This document shows positions 7,901 to 15,990 of a DNA stretch of 32,000 bases, piece by piece. A program made the translations under genes and the position numbers. The notes beneath the pieces were generated by a model. That model ran no database searches, was not told the DNA's origin, and saw nothing but the letters and a program-made list of their open reading frames with translations. Position 1 is the first letter of the stretch. Each line of letters starts with the position of its first letter. The stretch comes from Clostridiales bacterium (GTDB lineage Bacteria; Bacillota; Clostridia; Saccharofermentanales; Saccharofermentanaceae): positions 2,747 to 34,746 of the forward strand of contig JAFVDI010000036.1 of NCBI GenBank assembly GCA_017478485.1, written 5' to 3'.

Positions 7901-9502
7901 TCAAGCCGTGCAGGGTTCACTTTTGAGATCTATTCAGGTTCAACCCTGTTCTGCACCGGTGTTTCCGAAGCAGATGGCCGTGTCAGATGGACTTATAAGA
8001 TCGCTGATTACTACAGCACGAATAAGGATCCTGAGCATGGTGCGCTTACAACCCTTCTTACAAACACCTCTGCATATCAGATCGAATTGCCGAGCAATGC
8101 ACAATTCCAGATCCGTGAGACTTTCGAGACTGAAGGTCTTAAGTCTATGTGGAAGATCCCCGAAGGATGGAGTAACGGCGGTATGTATTACTACAAGAAC
8201 TTCACAAGTGGAAATATGTTCCATGCTACTTCTGACAGTGTAACAAACAAGCCCGCATTTAAGAGTTACAGACTGACAAAGGAACTCAAAGCGTCTGATG
8301 ACACACTGAACAAAGCTGGTTTCGTCTTTGCTGTAGCTGATGAGAACGATAAAGTCTATGCAAACGGCGTATCCGATGAGAACGGTAATGTTCAGTGGAC
8401 ATACACATCTGAAGGTGCTTTATCAGGTATCCCGGGTGCTTCTGTAGGCGGCAGGACTGAAAAGCTCCTGCTTAGACCTAACTATGCTGACGGAACTCCG
8501 ATCAAATACCAGGTAAGAGAGCTCATTCCCGGAACACTCCAGGTTCGTGGTATCCCCGAAGGCTGGACTGACGGCGGTGAGTATTTCTACAAGGCCATTG
8601 ATACTGCCGAAGATGTTATCAAGGATTCCGTTTTGAACTATGTCCCGGATATCAGGACTAAGGCAACAACCGAAGTCGGTAAGACTGTTGTGTACTCCAC
8701 CCAGGCAACCATTAAAGATACAGTTTCTTATAGAAATCTCGTACCTGGCAAGACATACACCATGAGCGGAAAGCTTATCGTTAAATCGACCGGCAAAGAA
8801 GCCAAGGACGAAAACGGTAACGCTATCGTTTCAAGCACAGAGTTCACGCCTGAAACTTCAGACGGCACTGTTGAAGTAACATTCACTTTCAACAGCACGC
8901 TGCTTCAGGGCGAAAAGCTTGTTGTCTTTGAGTCACTTACCTACAACAAAGTAGAGTATGCGGTCCATGCCGACATCAATGATGAAGGCCAGACAGTCTA
9001 TGTTCCGAAGGTTGGCACGACAGCAACTATCAAGGGCAAGAAGTCCATATTCCTTGCTTCAACCGAAGTCAGGAACATAACGATCACTGATAAGATCGCA
9101 TATAAGGGCCTTGAACCCGGCAGGAAGTACCGTGCTGAGGCAACGCTCTACAAGAAGAACGGTGCTCAGCTCATGAGGGACGGAAAGCCCGTCACCGCAA
9201 CACTCGAGTTCACTCCCGAGAATTCTTCCGGAACAGTGGAAGTCAAGATCACATTCTCTTCCAAGGGACTTTCCGAAGGCGACAAGATCGTCGTGTTCGA
9301 GAAAGTGTTCGATGTAGAGACCAATATCCTTATCGGCGTTCATGAGGACTTGAAGGATAAGAACCAGACAGTCACTATCCACTTCATGCCTCTGACAGGC
9401 GAGATCTCTCCGACTTACGTTAAGTTCGGTGTAGCTCTCGCTTCCTTGTCTGCTCTTGTCATCGCTCTGATGGCAAGACGCAAAAAGAAACTTTCGACAT
9501 AA
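4961..9502 (+). CDS. large wall-anchored multidomain surface protein: S/T/E/P-rich stalk, subtilisin-like S8 domain, NlpC/P60-like domain, Cna-B/SpaA-type Ig folds, two VaFE (Thr-Gln ester-bond type) repeats, and an LPXTG-like sorting signal
   Basis: Signal peptide MKFSKMICAFAVASLL. S8 triad context VIIDTGV (D261), NGHGT (H284), ASTSEASATFVG (S416). NlpC/P60 context LDCIGFV (C510) and GDIIMYGSTTHWVHAAIYAG. FGTYRIQEATAPDGYYLND is a Cna-B-like motif. KLVVFESL...HADINDEGQTV and KIVVFEKV...HEDLKDKNQTV are the two VaFE repeats. C-terminal MPLTG (9386-9400) is followed by a hydrophobic helix and RRKKK. Confidence 0.9.
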   Translation: MKFSKMICAFAVASLLMLQNVAPMVPVIADTTETTVETEATEETKHHEETAKPKETTRQTESSETSETTKASEKPVETAVPSETTEPSDETKPSETTESKETTEPSVSAITAETTAPTEKTEPSETTVPSETSESSEPSETTSETTTVETPKIVKAKSADEYIKLVAALPDGDKLIVATKDDLSALKPDAGVYFDGIYTLWFKTGSEYGAAVKYAASHRYGYTEDGVVGLCGTADYSAYAKYAIKTASACSSGKTRIVIIDTGVNGADEAYSVIGSDVKDKNGHGTFMADLIKESTDKAYIISVKAVGDNGKGTVSDVYNALQYAADQKPDIILMAISIKDNPDEYVALKSLIEETASKTTVIASAGNNNADASKYLPAGSDGVITIGAVKNDFYKTATSNYGDAVDYYAVAASTSEASATFVGKYIAKDDSGVVVSYAGSEDGVEYVGDDIFFGIDSDFTDNTKKILGGDDLKMSASVFHQRVLQYAKDICDDNRYQYSLDGGTYNLDCIGFVNKVYYLALGKPAFKSGTSYYEAKYAYKSSSKTYRARIFNGNTAPSCGAWINYAGIRTKPSASSKSKKCTTLSAAAKHINKYAVPGDIIMYGSTTHWVHAAIYAGSANSGKSYYEYAAHNKSLGISRIIKTETTFSAPKSDDSDSRISYVLVVRVTGTSTTGLKFVKKCIGDQDLLGECYSFEGTTYGIYTDEACTTPYSTMPTIEFDEAGETDSMIPTISNYPLTVYLKETKAGPGYLVDDSVYKLNLASTSAGTVTTVEGDGEAKLTLSSGIFTVTLYDIPTFDPLTIRLRKTGVNHASAPMNKATFRIRYYDADYPYDPAVFTPDDFDNNETPEDDFYITISNPDQLRDLSLKDLAGYGSVTVSGDNSSLKAIYDAQLSTMFFPFGTYRIQEATAPDGYYLNDSVYRIKLFMNNDRDADIEMRNEKTGKLLTEFTIDNEPGVDIAVPEINGPAYFSLEKRVTDDSSRAGFTFEIYSGSTLFCTGVSEADGRVRWTYKIADYYSTNKDPEHGALTTLLTNTSAYQIELPSNAQFQIRETFETEGLKSMWKIPEGWSNGGMYYYKNFTSGNMFHATSDSVTNKPAFKSYRLTKELKASDDTLNKAGFVFAVADENDKVYANGVSDENGNVQWTYTSEGALSGIPGASVGGRTEKLLLRPNYADGTPIKYQVRELIPGTLQVRGIPEGWTDGGEYFYKAIDTAEDVIKDSVLNYVPDIRTKATTEVGKTVVYSTQATIKDTVSYRNLVPGKTYTMSGKLIVKSTGKEAKDENGNAIVSSTEFTPETSDGTVEVTFTFNSTLLQGEKLVVFESLTYNKVEYAVHADINDEGQTVYVPKVGTTATIKGKKSIFLASTEVRNITITDKIAYKGLEPGRKYRAEATLYKKNGAQLMRDGKPVTATLEFTPENSSGTVEVKITFSSKGLSEGDKIVVFEKVFDVETNILIGVHEDLKDKNQTVTIHFMPLTGEISPTYVKFGVALASLSALVIALMARRKKKLST

Positions 9503-9529
9503 CCCTCTTCCACCACCCCCTTTCTTCTG

Positions 9530-9571
9530 CCCCGTGGGTTTTCATCAAAAGCTCACGGGGCTTTCCATTTT
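9530..9571 (+). terminator. weak stem-loop / partial terminator between the adhesin and sortase genes
   Basis: CCCCGTG (9530-9536) pairs with CACGGGG (9554-9560) across a 17-nt loop. The following sequence is T-rich (CTTTCCATTTT). Confidence 0.35.
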
Positions 9572-9583
9572 CAAGGAGGAAAC

Positions 9584-10312
9584 ATGAAATATGGCAAAGC
9601 ATTAAGGATCCTGCTCCAAACGATACTTATCGCTGCTTTCCTGATCGGCATTGCCCTGGTGGGCATTTACCTGATAAAAAGCTTCGTTCGAAAAAGTGTG
9701 TCAAACGGCGCAAAGATCGCTATTGAAAATGTGATAAACAACGGTGGAGGCGATGTAACTTACGATGTTCCGGACTCTGACTTCTATTCAGTCGATGGTG
9801 AAATGGGAGAAGAAGACATTTCCCCTTCTGATCTCGTGTATCAGATGAAAACACTCTCATCTACATACAAAAAACTGAAGCTTATCGGAATACTTGAGAT
9901 CCCCTGCATAAAGGTAAAAGAACCAATATGGGACTCCTGCTCTAAAACCGCATTGCGCTACGGTGTGGGGAGGTTCCCCGACACGTGCAATATCGGCGAG
10001 GCAGGTAATTGCACCATCTTCGGACACAGGATGAAGAACAAAACCATCTTTTGGCAGCTCCAGAAGCTTGAAAAGAAGATAGGCGAAGAAGTCATCGTTA
10101 CGACAACAGACGGCGTGAAGCACAAATACACGATAGTCAGTTCCACTTATGTCAAAGGTTCTGCCGTCGATCCGTACCTGACTGCAGATTTGTTCAGCAC
10201 AGAGCATTTGTGCCTTGCTACATGCGGCTACGGCAGGGATCCGTTTAACAAGAAGATCTTTTGGCCAAAGGCTACGGAATTCATCGTGATTTGTGTGCCT
10301 GTAAATACTTAA
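9584..10312 (+). CDS. sortase-family transpeptidase
   Basis: N-terminal TM helix, GNCTIFGHRM (active-site His context) and HLCLATCGY (TLxTC-type Cys). It sits immediately downstream of the protein carrying the sorting signal. Confidence 0.85.
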   Translation: MKYGKALRILLQTILIAAFLIGIALVGIYLIKSFVRKSVSNGAKIAIENVINNGGGDVTYDVPDSDFYSVDGEMGEEDISPSDLVYQMKTLSSTYKKLKLIGILEIPCIKVKEPIWDSCSKTALRYGVGRFPDTCNIGEAGNCTIFGHRMKNKTIFWQLQKLEKKIGEEVIVTTTDGVKHKYTIVSSTYVKGSAVDPYLTADLFSTEHLCLATCGYGRDPFNKKIFWPKATEFIVICVPVNT

Positions 10313-10325
10313 GGAGATTTCTCAT

Positions 10326-10670
10326 ATGAATAAAGAAAAAGAAATATACGAATACCTCTCAGGTAATCACATCGGCAAGGCAAATGCAGTTCACAGCAAG
10401 GTCCTTGAAAAGCATTTCAGTATCAGTTCCAGAACTGTTCGCAGATATATCGGATTGCTCAGAAAGTCAGGCGTTCCTATCTGCAGTGATGATTCGGGAT
10501 ACTGGATCGGAGCCGATTCCAAGGAAGTTAACAAGACCATCAAGCGCCTGGGTGACTTCGTAGGCGAAGTCAACAGTGCAAGGACCGGCCTTGCTTTCGC
10601 AACTATACAGATGCGCAGCGTTACGAGAGTAACGGAAGAAAGTATCCAGATAACCGTAAAGGTCAGCTAA
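10326..10670 (+). CDS. winged-helix HTH DNA-binding protein (HTH_11/DeoR-like N-terminus)
   Basis: KVLEKHFSISSRTVRRYIGLLRKSGVPI. RBS AAGGAG upstream of the ATG. Confidence 0.7.
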   Translation: MNKEKEIYEYLSGNHIGKANAVHSKVLEKHFSISSRTVRRYIGLLRKSGVPICSDDSGYWIGADSKEVNKTIKRLGDFVGEVNSARTGLAFATIQMRSVTRVTEESIQITVKVS

Positions 10671-10682
10671 ACATCATTAAAG

Positions 10683-10718
10683 ACCTGCGTTCCAGTGATG
10701 CGGTAACGCAGGTTTTTA
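10683..10718 (+). terminator. rho-independent terminator
   Basis: ACCTGCGTT pairs with AACGCAGGT, followed by TTTTT (10713-10717). Confidence 0.75.
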
Positions 10719-10762
10719 AATGCCTGGAAACAGGCAAATAAAAAACACAAGGAGGTTCTGAT

Positions 10763-10960
10763 ATGAGATCAGACGAAATCACAGTACCCAAGCCGGAGAA
10801 GTGGCCTGAAAAGACAGGCAGCAAGGTCAGTCTTTTTGCTTACTTTAAAGCATTAAGCGGAAAGGACAGACAGCGCGCACAGCCCAAAGCCAGTCCCGAA
10901 AAATCCGGACTTATGAAGGAGCTTGAAAAGACCAGGCTCGACACATGCGATAACGCGTGA
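10763..10960 (+). CDS. small hypothetical protein (65 aa)
   Basis: Strong RBS AAGGAGG 7 nt upstream of the ATG. Lys/Glu/Pro-rich; no motif. Confidence 0.5.
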   Translation: MRSDEITVPKPEKWPEKTGSKVSLFAYFKALSGKDRQRAQPKASPEKSGLMKELEKTRLDTCDNA

Positions 10961-10976
10961 GAAAGGAAGAAACGAT

Positions 10977-11933
10977 ATGGATTACGAATCATTCAAGACA
11001 AACCTGATGGACCTCGTCACAAAAGAGATCAAGGACAGAGAGCTTGAGTCTATCTCTCTCAAGTTCGACACGATCGACTCCCCTGACGGCATGAGCGACA
11101 GACTCATGGTATCGGTCGGCGAGTCAAAGATGTCTATGGCATTCAGGCTCAAGGAGATCTACCGCGACGTTGAAAACGGCGAAAGCATGGATAAGGCGAC
11201 CTTCAAGATTGTAAATACCATCGAGGACAACATCTCGGTCGTTAAGACTAAGGAAGCGGGTGTTAAGTCATTTATCACCGACTACAGCAAGGTCAAGGAT
11301 CACACCTATCTGAGGCTCATACCCGGTAACTCTCCGGTTCTTAAGACAACTCCTCACAAGAAGATCGAGGACATGGCACTCGTTGTAAATGCACACCTCG
11401 ACGACTTCTCTGACGACAACGGCAAGTCTGTCGTAGTCATCACCAAGCCTCTCATGGAGACATACGGGATCAATGAGGACCAGCTTTTTGCTGATGCCGA
11501 GAAGAACTCACTCGCTAACGAGCCTCTCGTTCTCACCCCTCTCGTTGACATGATCCAGCACCTTATCAGCGAGGAAGACCTTCCTAATCCCGAGGAAGTC
11601 GGCATCGTGACTTATATTGCTACCAACCAGAGCGGATTCCAGGGTGCAGCCGTAGTAGCATATCCTGACTTTGCCGAGAAGGCAGCCGAGCAGATCGGTG
11701 GAAGCTTTTATATGCTCCCCTCTTCTGTTCACGAATTCATCCTCATCAAGGATGACGGCGGCCCGAACGCAAGAGACCTCAACAAGATGGTCAAGAACGT
11801 CAATGAAACAGTACTTGACCCCAGAGATTTCCTTTCCGACCAGTGCTATCACTACGATGCTCAGGAGAAGAAGTTTGAGACCGGACTTGCGTATGCCTCA
11901 AGGAACGGAAAAGGAAAAGGTGATGCAAGATGA
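10977..11933 (+). CDS. conserved ICE-associated hypothetical protein (318 aa); recalls DUF5688-type proteins
   Basis: ATG 10977 after GAAAGGAAG. The motif GGSFYMLPSSVHEFILI is reminiscent of DUF5688 family members. This is from memory only, not searched. Confidence 0.7.
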   Translation: MDYESFKTNLMDLVTKEIKDRELESISLKFDTIDSPDGMSDRLMVSVGESKMSMAFRLKEIYRDVENGESMDKATFKIVNTIEDNISVVKTKEAGVKSFITDYSKVKDHTYLRLIPGNSPVLKTTPHKKIEDMALVVNAHLDDFSDDNGKSVVVITKPLMETYGINEDQLFADAEKNSLANEPLVLTPLVDMIQHLISEEDLPNPEEVGIVTYIATNQSGFQGAAVVAYPDFAEKAAEQIGGSFYMLPSSVHEFILIKDDGGPNARDLNKMVKNVNETVLDPRDFLSDQCYHYDAQEKKFETGLAYASRNGKGKGDAR

Positions 11934-12328
11934 CCTACAAGGAGTATATCGAAGATACGTTCAAGAACTGCATGACAGTCTTGTCTGAGTGTCCCGTAGG
12001 CGATCTTTTGGATGCAAATCACTTGAGAAACCTACTCTGGGAAGACGACCGTGTAACTGGTGTTGTCAGCGGATTCTGCACTTCTGTTAAGAACAATGTG
12101 GCTGACAACATCAAGGACGTCCTCTTTGACCCGGACTTCCTGAAAGACTTAAACGCACGCGGCATGAACATGCAGAATGTCATGTTCAATGGCCCGGATG
12201 CAATAGATGTTGCCGCAAGGTGCCTTGCCTTAAAGCATATCAGCATCAATGAACTTGTTAAGCGCGAACAGGAAAGACGTCGTCACGAAAGAGAAAAGAT
12301 GGCCTGCGAATTCTTCGAAAGAACCTAA
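11930..12328 (+). CDS. hypothetical protein (132 aa)
   Basis: ATGA start/stop overlap with the upstream gene indicates translational coupling. No recognised motif. Confidence 0.65.
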   Translation: MTYKEYIEDTFKNCMTVLSECPVGDLLDANHLRNLLWEDDRVTGVVSGFCTSVKNNVADNIKDVLFDPDFLKDLNARGMNMQNVMFNGPDAIDVAARCLALKHISINELVKREQERRRHEREKMACEFFERT

Positions 12329-12336
12329 GTAAGTTT

Positions 12337-12370
12337 GGGAGGGATCTTCAAAAGGTCCCTCCCATTATTT
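12337..12370 (+). terminator. rho-independent terminator
   Basis: GGGAGGGA (12337-12344) pairs with TCCCTCCC (12356-12363), followed by ATTATTT. Confidence 0.65.
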
Positions 12371-12386
12371 ATAAAGGAGTTAATGT

Positions 12387-13310
12387 GTGAACTACTACAA
12401 TAAAGAAGATGTCAAAAAGGCTCGGGAAATGGATCTGTTCACATATCTTTCTTACTATGAACCCGATAATCTCAGACATGTCTCAGGAAGTGTTTATTGT
12501 ACGCGAGAACATGATTCGCTCATTATAAACAACGGTAAATGGTGCTGGTTCTCACAAGGTATCGGCGGAAGATGTGCTTTGGATTATCTGCGAAAAGTTA
12601 AAGGCCTTTCCTTCTACGAAGCAGTAGACAGGATAATCGGTAATAATGCCACTCCCCTGCCACCGCCTAAACCCATTCAAACTATGCCTAAAGTCTTTGT
12701 GATGCCGGAAATAAGCGATGATACGACCCGAGTAAGGAAATATCTTACAGGACGAGGCATCGATCCAGAGATCATAGATTGGTGCATAAAGCGCAAGCTC
12801 ATATATGAAACCGCTAAATACGGAAATGTGCTTTTCGTCGGCTATGACAGCCAAGGCTTACCCAAATACGGTGCCGTCAGATCAACTTGTGACGGTTACA
12901 AAGGTGATGTCAAAGGCAGCGATAAGAGGTTCTCCTTCAAGCTGGTACGAGCTGACAGCCCCAGAAAAGTTCACGTATTTGAATCCGCTCCCGACCTTCT
13001 TTCATACGCCACATGTGTCAAGTTAAGGGGCAATAACTGGCGTAAGGAGTCATATCTGTCTCTTGGAGGCATAGGCGGAAACTCAATTCCAAAAGCGCTC
13101 GAACAATTCCTAAAAGATTATCCTGACATCAGTCACATATATCTTCACCTGGATAACGATGAGCCTGGCAGGAACGCCACAAAGAACATCTCAAAAATCC
13201 TAAGAAAAAATTATGTTGTGCGGGACTATCCCCCGCCCACCGGTAAAGATTATAACGACTATCTGAAATCTCAAATCGCCCAAAGCAAGCATCAGGATCC
13301 AGTCAGGTAA
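12387..13310 (+). CDS. DUF3991/Toprim-domain protein (primase-like, conjugation-associated)
   Basis: GTG start 7 nt after AAGGAG. N-terminal region CTREHDSLIINNGKWCWFSQGIGG. Toprim signature VHVFESAPDLLS ... IYLHLDNDEPGRNA (E ... DxD). Confidence 0.8.
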   Translation: MNYYNKEDVKKAREMDLFTYLSYYEPDNLRHVSGSVYCTREHDSLIINNGKWCWFSQGIGGRCALDYLRKVKGLSFYEAVDRIIGNNATPLPPPKPIQTMPKVFVMPEISDDTTRVRKYLTGRGIDPEIIDWCIKRKLIYETAKYGNVLFVGYDSQGLPKYGAVRSTCDGYKGDVKGSDKRFSFKLVRADSPRKVHVFESAPDLLSYATCVKLRGNNWRKESYLSLGGIGGNSIPKALEQFLKDYPDISHIYLHLDNDEPGRNATKNISKILRKNYVVRDYPPPTGKDYNDYLKSQIAQSKHQDPVR

Positions 13311-13355
13311 GAACCCCTTCCGAGAGGAAAAAGCCAACGGCTTTCACCAGGGTTT

Positions 13356-13409
13356 CAGGGTCTTCCCTGACAAGCAAAATGTGTTTGTGGTACACAAACG
13401 CGATGCTTG
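13356..13409 (+). promoter_or_regulatory. candidate oriT: nested inverted repeats upstream of mobC and the relaxase gene
   Basis: CAGGG/CCCTG (13356-13369). CAAGCA (13371-13376) pairs with TGCTTG (13404-13409), and these enclose GTTTGTG-GTA-CACAAAC (13383-13399). Confidence 0.45.
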
Positions 13410-13457
13410 CTAATACACGGGACATCAAAACTAACAATAAGAAAGGAGATGCGGAAA

Positions 13458-13799
13458 ATGCCCCACAAAAAGACAGAGCGACCAATTCAGATCCACTTTC
13501 GTGTATCCAAAAGTGAGTATGATGCCATCAAAAATAAAGTTGAAAAATCGGGGCTGAGCATGAGCGAATTTGCCAGAAAAACTTTCTTGGATAAGAAAAT
13601 TGTTTCGGCTCCACCTGCCGACTTTCCGGCTCTCATCATAGAGGTAAAAAGAATTGGTGGAAATCTCAACCAGCTCGTCAGAAAACTGAACGCTTTGGGC
13701 ATAGCTCACAGTTCTGAATTGAAAAACTGCGAAACCGAAATCCGAGAAACTGAAAGAATGCTATATCGGACCTTCAGGCCCGGGAAAGGAGATAGCTGA
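13458..13799 (+). CDS. mobC: MobC-family relaxosome accessory protein (RHH)
   Basis: IHFRVSKSEYDAIKNKVEKSGLSMSEFARK ... IGGNLNQLVRKLN is the typical MobC pattern. ATG 13458 lies 9 nt after GGAG. Confidence 0.85.
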   Translation: MPHKKTERPIQIHFRVSKSEYDAIKNKVEKSGLSMSEFARKTFLDKKIVSAPPADFPALIIEVKRIGGNLNQLVRKLNALGIAHSSELKNCETEIRETERMLYRTFRPGKGDS

Positions 13800-15229
13800 T
13801 GGCAGTAACTTCCATATGGTATGTATCTGAACGCGTCGATCACGTAGTAAGTTATGTGGTCAATCCAGATAAAACCGTAGAAAAGCCCGAACTTACTCCC
13901 GAAGCCATAGCCGCTCGAAAGGCAGTCGGTGATGTTATCGACTACGCCAGTAATGCAGATAAGACCGAACAGATGATGTATGTAACAGGCATTAACTGCA
14001 ACCCCGACACTGCCGCCGATCAGTTTCTTGAAACAAAACTATATTGGGATAAGACTGGCGGCAGGCTTGCTTATCACGGTTATCAGTCTTTTCTCGAAGG
14101 CGAAGGTGAGATTACTGCAGAGAAAGCTCACGAAATCGGAGTAAAGCTTGCTCGAGAGTTATGGGGCGACAGATTTGAAGTCGTAGTAGCAACCCACCTC
14201 AATACCGGCCATTACCACAACCATCTCCTTGTTAATTCAGTTTCTTTCGTGGACGGCCTTAAGTACCGCAGGACCAAAGCGGATTATAGGCAGATGCGAA
14301 TGGTAAGCGACAGACTATGCCGAGAAGCAAATCTTCACATCGTAGAGGATCCTTCCGGCATAAAAGGCAAGTCTTATGATGAGTGGCGTGCCGAACGGCA
14401 AGGAAAACTGACCGTAAGAGGAACGATCCGTCAGGATATCGACTACGCGATAAAGCTGTCTCACAGAGAAAAGGAATTTTGGGATGTCCTTAGAGAAATG
14501 GGCTATGAATTCAAATTCTTCAGAAAGGACGGTTCAATGCTTGAACATCCGGGAATTAAACCTCCTGGTGCTGCAAACTTCTTCAGGCTTGATGGTCTGG
14601 GACCCGATTACGATTATGACTCACTCAGACGGCGTATCGTTGAGAACACACTTGTTCCAGGTACGCCGTTATTGTTTGAGAGGAAAGAACCCTCCCCTTT
14701 TGATGAACAGCCTAAAGGCTCAGGTCTTCCCTACACATACCGCCGTTATTGTATAAGGTTATATTCTTTTATATGTAAACCGGTTAATTCCCAAAGAGAC
14801 TATATACCTATGGCGCTCAGGGAAGATATTGCAAAGCTTGACCGGTATATCGAACAGATGGACTTTCTGTACCAGCACAAGATCGAGGATAAGCAGTCTC
14901 TGCAGGAAAAGACGGATAACCTTCAAGCCGAGCTAAAAGCCCTATATATCAAGCGAAAACAGCTTTATTCAGCTAAAAAATACGCTGTGCGCCATCATGA
15001 CGCGCCTAAGATAGAGCAGACAAAAAGCGAAATTAGGGACAACGCCCGAAAGATCCGTGGACTCAAAAAGCAGATCAAGCTTTGTGATGCGGTCTTTATC
15101 AGCTCAGACCGTGTCTTGGAAGCTGCCGAAGCCCCTATGAAAGAGCCTGAAATAAGACCTGTAAATACAAACAAAATGACAATAAGATCGCAAATTCAGC
15201 ATGACAGTTTCGGGAAAAGTGCAAGATGA
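13799..15229 (+). CDS. relaxase / mobilisation nuclease (MobA/VirD2 family)
   Basis: Histidine triad context HLNTGHYHNHLLVNSVSF. The N-terminus is of the relaxase type (AVTSIWYVS...VVSYVVNPDKT). 1-nt overlap with the mobC stop (TGATG). Confidence 0.9.
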   Translation: MAVTSIWYVSERVDHVVSYVVNPDKTVEKPELTPEAIAARKAVGDVIDYASNADKTEQMMYVTGINCNPDTAADQFLETKLYWDKTGGRLAYHGYQSFLEGEGEITAEKAHEIGVKLARELWGDRFEVVVATHLNTGHYHNHLLVNSVSFVDGLKYRRTKADYRQMRMVSDRLCREANLHIVEDPSGIKGKSYDEWRAERQGKLTVRGTIRQDIDYAIKLSHREKEFWDVLREMGYEFKFFRKDGSMLEHPGIKPPGAANFFRLDGLGPDYDYDSLRRRIVENTLVPGTPLLFERKEPSPFDEQPKGSGLPYTYRRYCIRLYSFICKPVNSQRDYIPMALREDIAKLDRYIEQMDFLYQHKIEDKQSLQEKTDNLQAELKALYIKRKQLYSAKKYAVRHHDAPKIEQTKSEIRDNARKIRGLKKQIKLCDAVFISSDRVLEAAEAPMKEPEIRPVNTNKMTIRSQIQHDSFGKSAR

Positions 15230-15291
15230 CTCTTATAGACACTTATCAAGTTTTTTTTACAATATAACGACTGCGAACAAGGAGGGTACAA

Positions 15292-15888
15292 ATGAAGAAA
15301 TCATTATTTGCAATCTTTTTGACTTCAACACTGTTGCTGACAGCATGCAGTACTTCAAATGCAAAAAAAGAATCTGAAGCTACCACAACAGCGTCTGAAA
15401 CTACTACCGAAGTAACAACAACTACAGAATCAGAGACAACGACAACCGAACCGGCTGAAGATGTTATTAAGCCTTCGTTCAAGTCAAGCCTTACTCTGGA
15501 TGACATCAAGAAGGTCGCTCCTGAAGATCTGAGCAACTACGATAAGTTCTGCAATGAGTATTTTTCTGTAACCAAAACATCAGGCAAATACTGTCAGATA
15601 GAAGGTTTGGAAACAGTTACTTTATCTTCCTCTACTGACAAAAACAGAAAAACAGACGCTCAGTTGTTTTTCTTTAAGGCCGGTGCTGATGTCGCAAACA
15701 CTGGAAAGTTCAGTGGTACTGACGGCACATTACACAGCCAAATACCTTTCATTCCACTTTTCTACAATGAAACTAAAGGCTGTCTGGTAGGCTATAGAGA
15801 TGCCATGATCAACGCTCACAAGTTTACCTTTGTCGAAAAGTATACCGATATGATGGTTGAAGTAAGCCCCAGCGAATACGGCTTATAA
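15292..15888 (+). CDS. lipoprotein with a Thr/Glu-rich linker, unknown function
   Basis: Signal peptide with lipobox LLLTAC. RBS AAGGAGGG upstream. Confidence 0.8.
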   Translation: MKKSLFAIFLTSTLLLTACSTSNAKKESEATTTASETTTEVTTTTESETTTTEPAEDVIKPSFKSSLTLDDIKKVAPEDLSNYDKFCNEYFSVTKTSGKYCQIEGLETVTLSSSTDKNRKTDAQLFFFKAGADVANTGKFSGTDGTLHSQIPFIPLFYNETKGCLVGYRDAMINAHKFTFVEKYTDMMVEVSPSEYGL

Positions 15889-15917
15889 TTCTTAAGAAAC
15901 AAATAATAAACTCATTA

Positions 15918-15946
15918 AAAAGCACCCTTCATCGGGGTGCTTTTTT
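15918..15946 (+). terminator. rho-independent terminator
   Basis: AAGCACCC pairs with GGGTGCTT, followed by TTTTT. Confidence 0.8.
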
Positions 15947-15990
15947 AATGCCAAAAAACAAACAAATAACAAAACAAAGGAGGAAGACAA

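Noticed and set aside
9584-10312. Possible absence of the conserved active-site Arg in the sortase (C-terminal ...WPKATEFIVICV)
   Set aside because: My by-eye alignment to SrtA (KRKIFVA) suggests a substitution, but the placement is too uncertain without a profile alignment. It is not reported as a finding.
10722-10737. Second small hairpin TGCCTG-GAAA-CAGGCA after the terminator at 10683-10718
   Set aside because: The stem is only 6 bp with no U-tract, and it lies within an A-rich leader. The evidence is insufficient to call a separate element.
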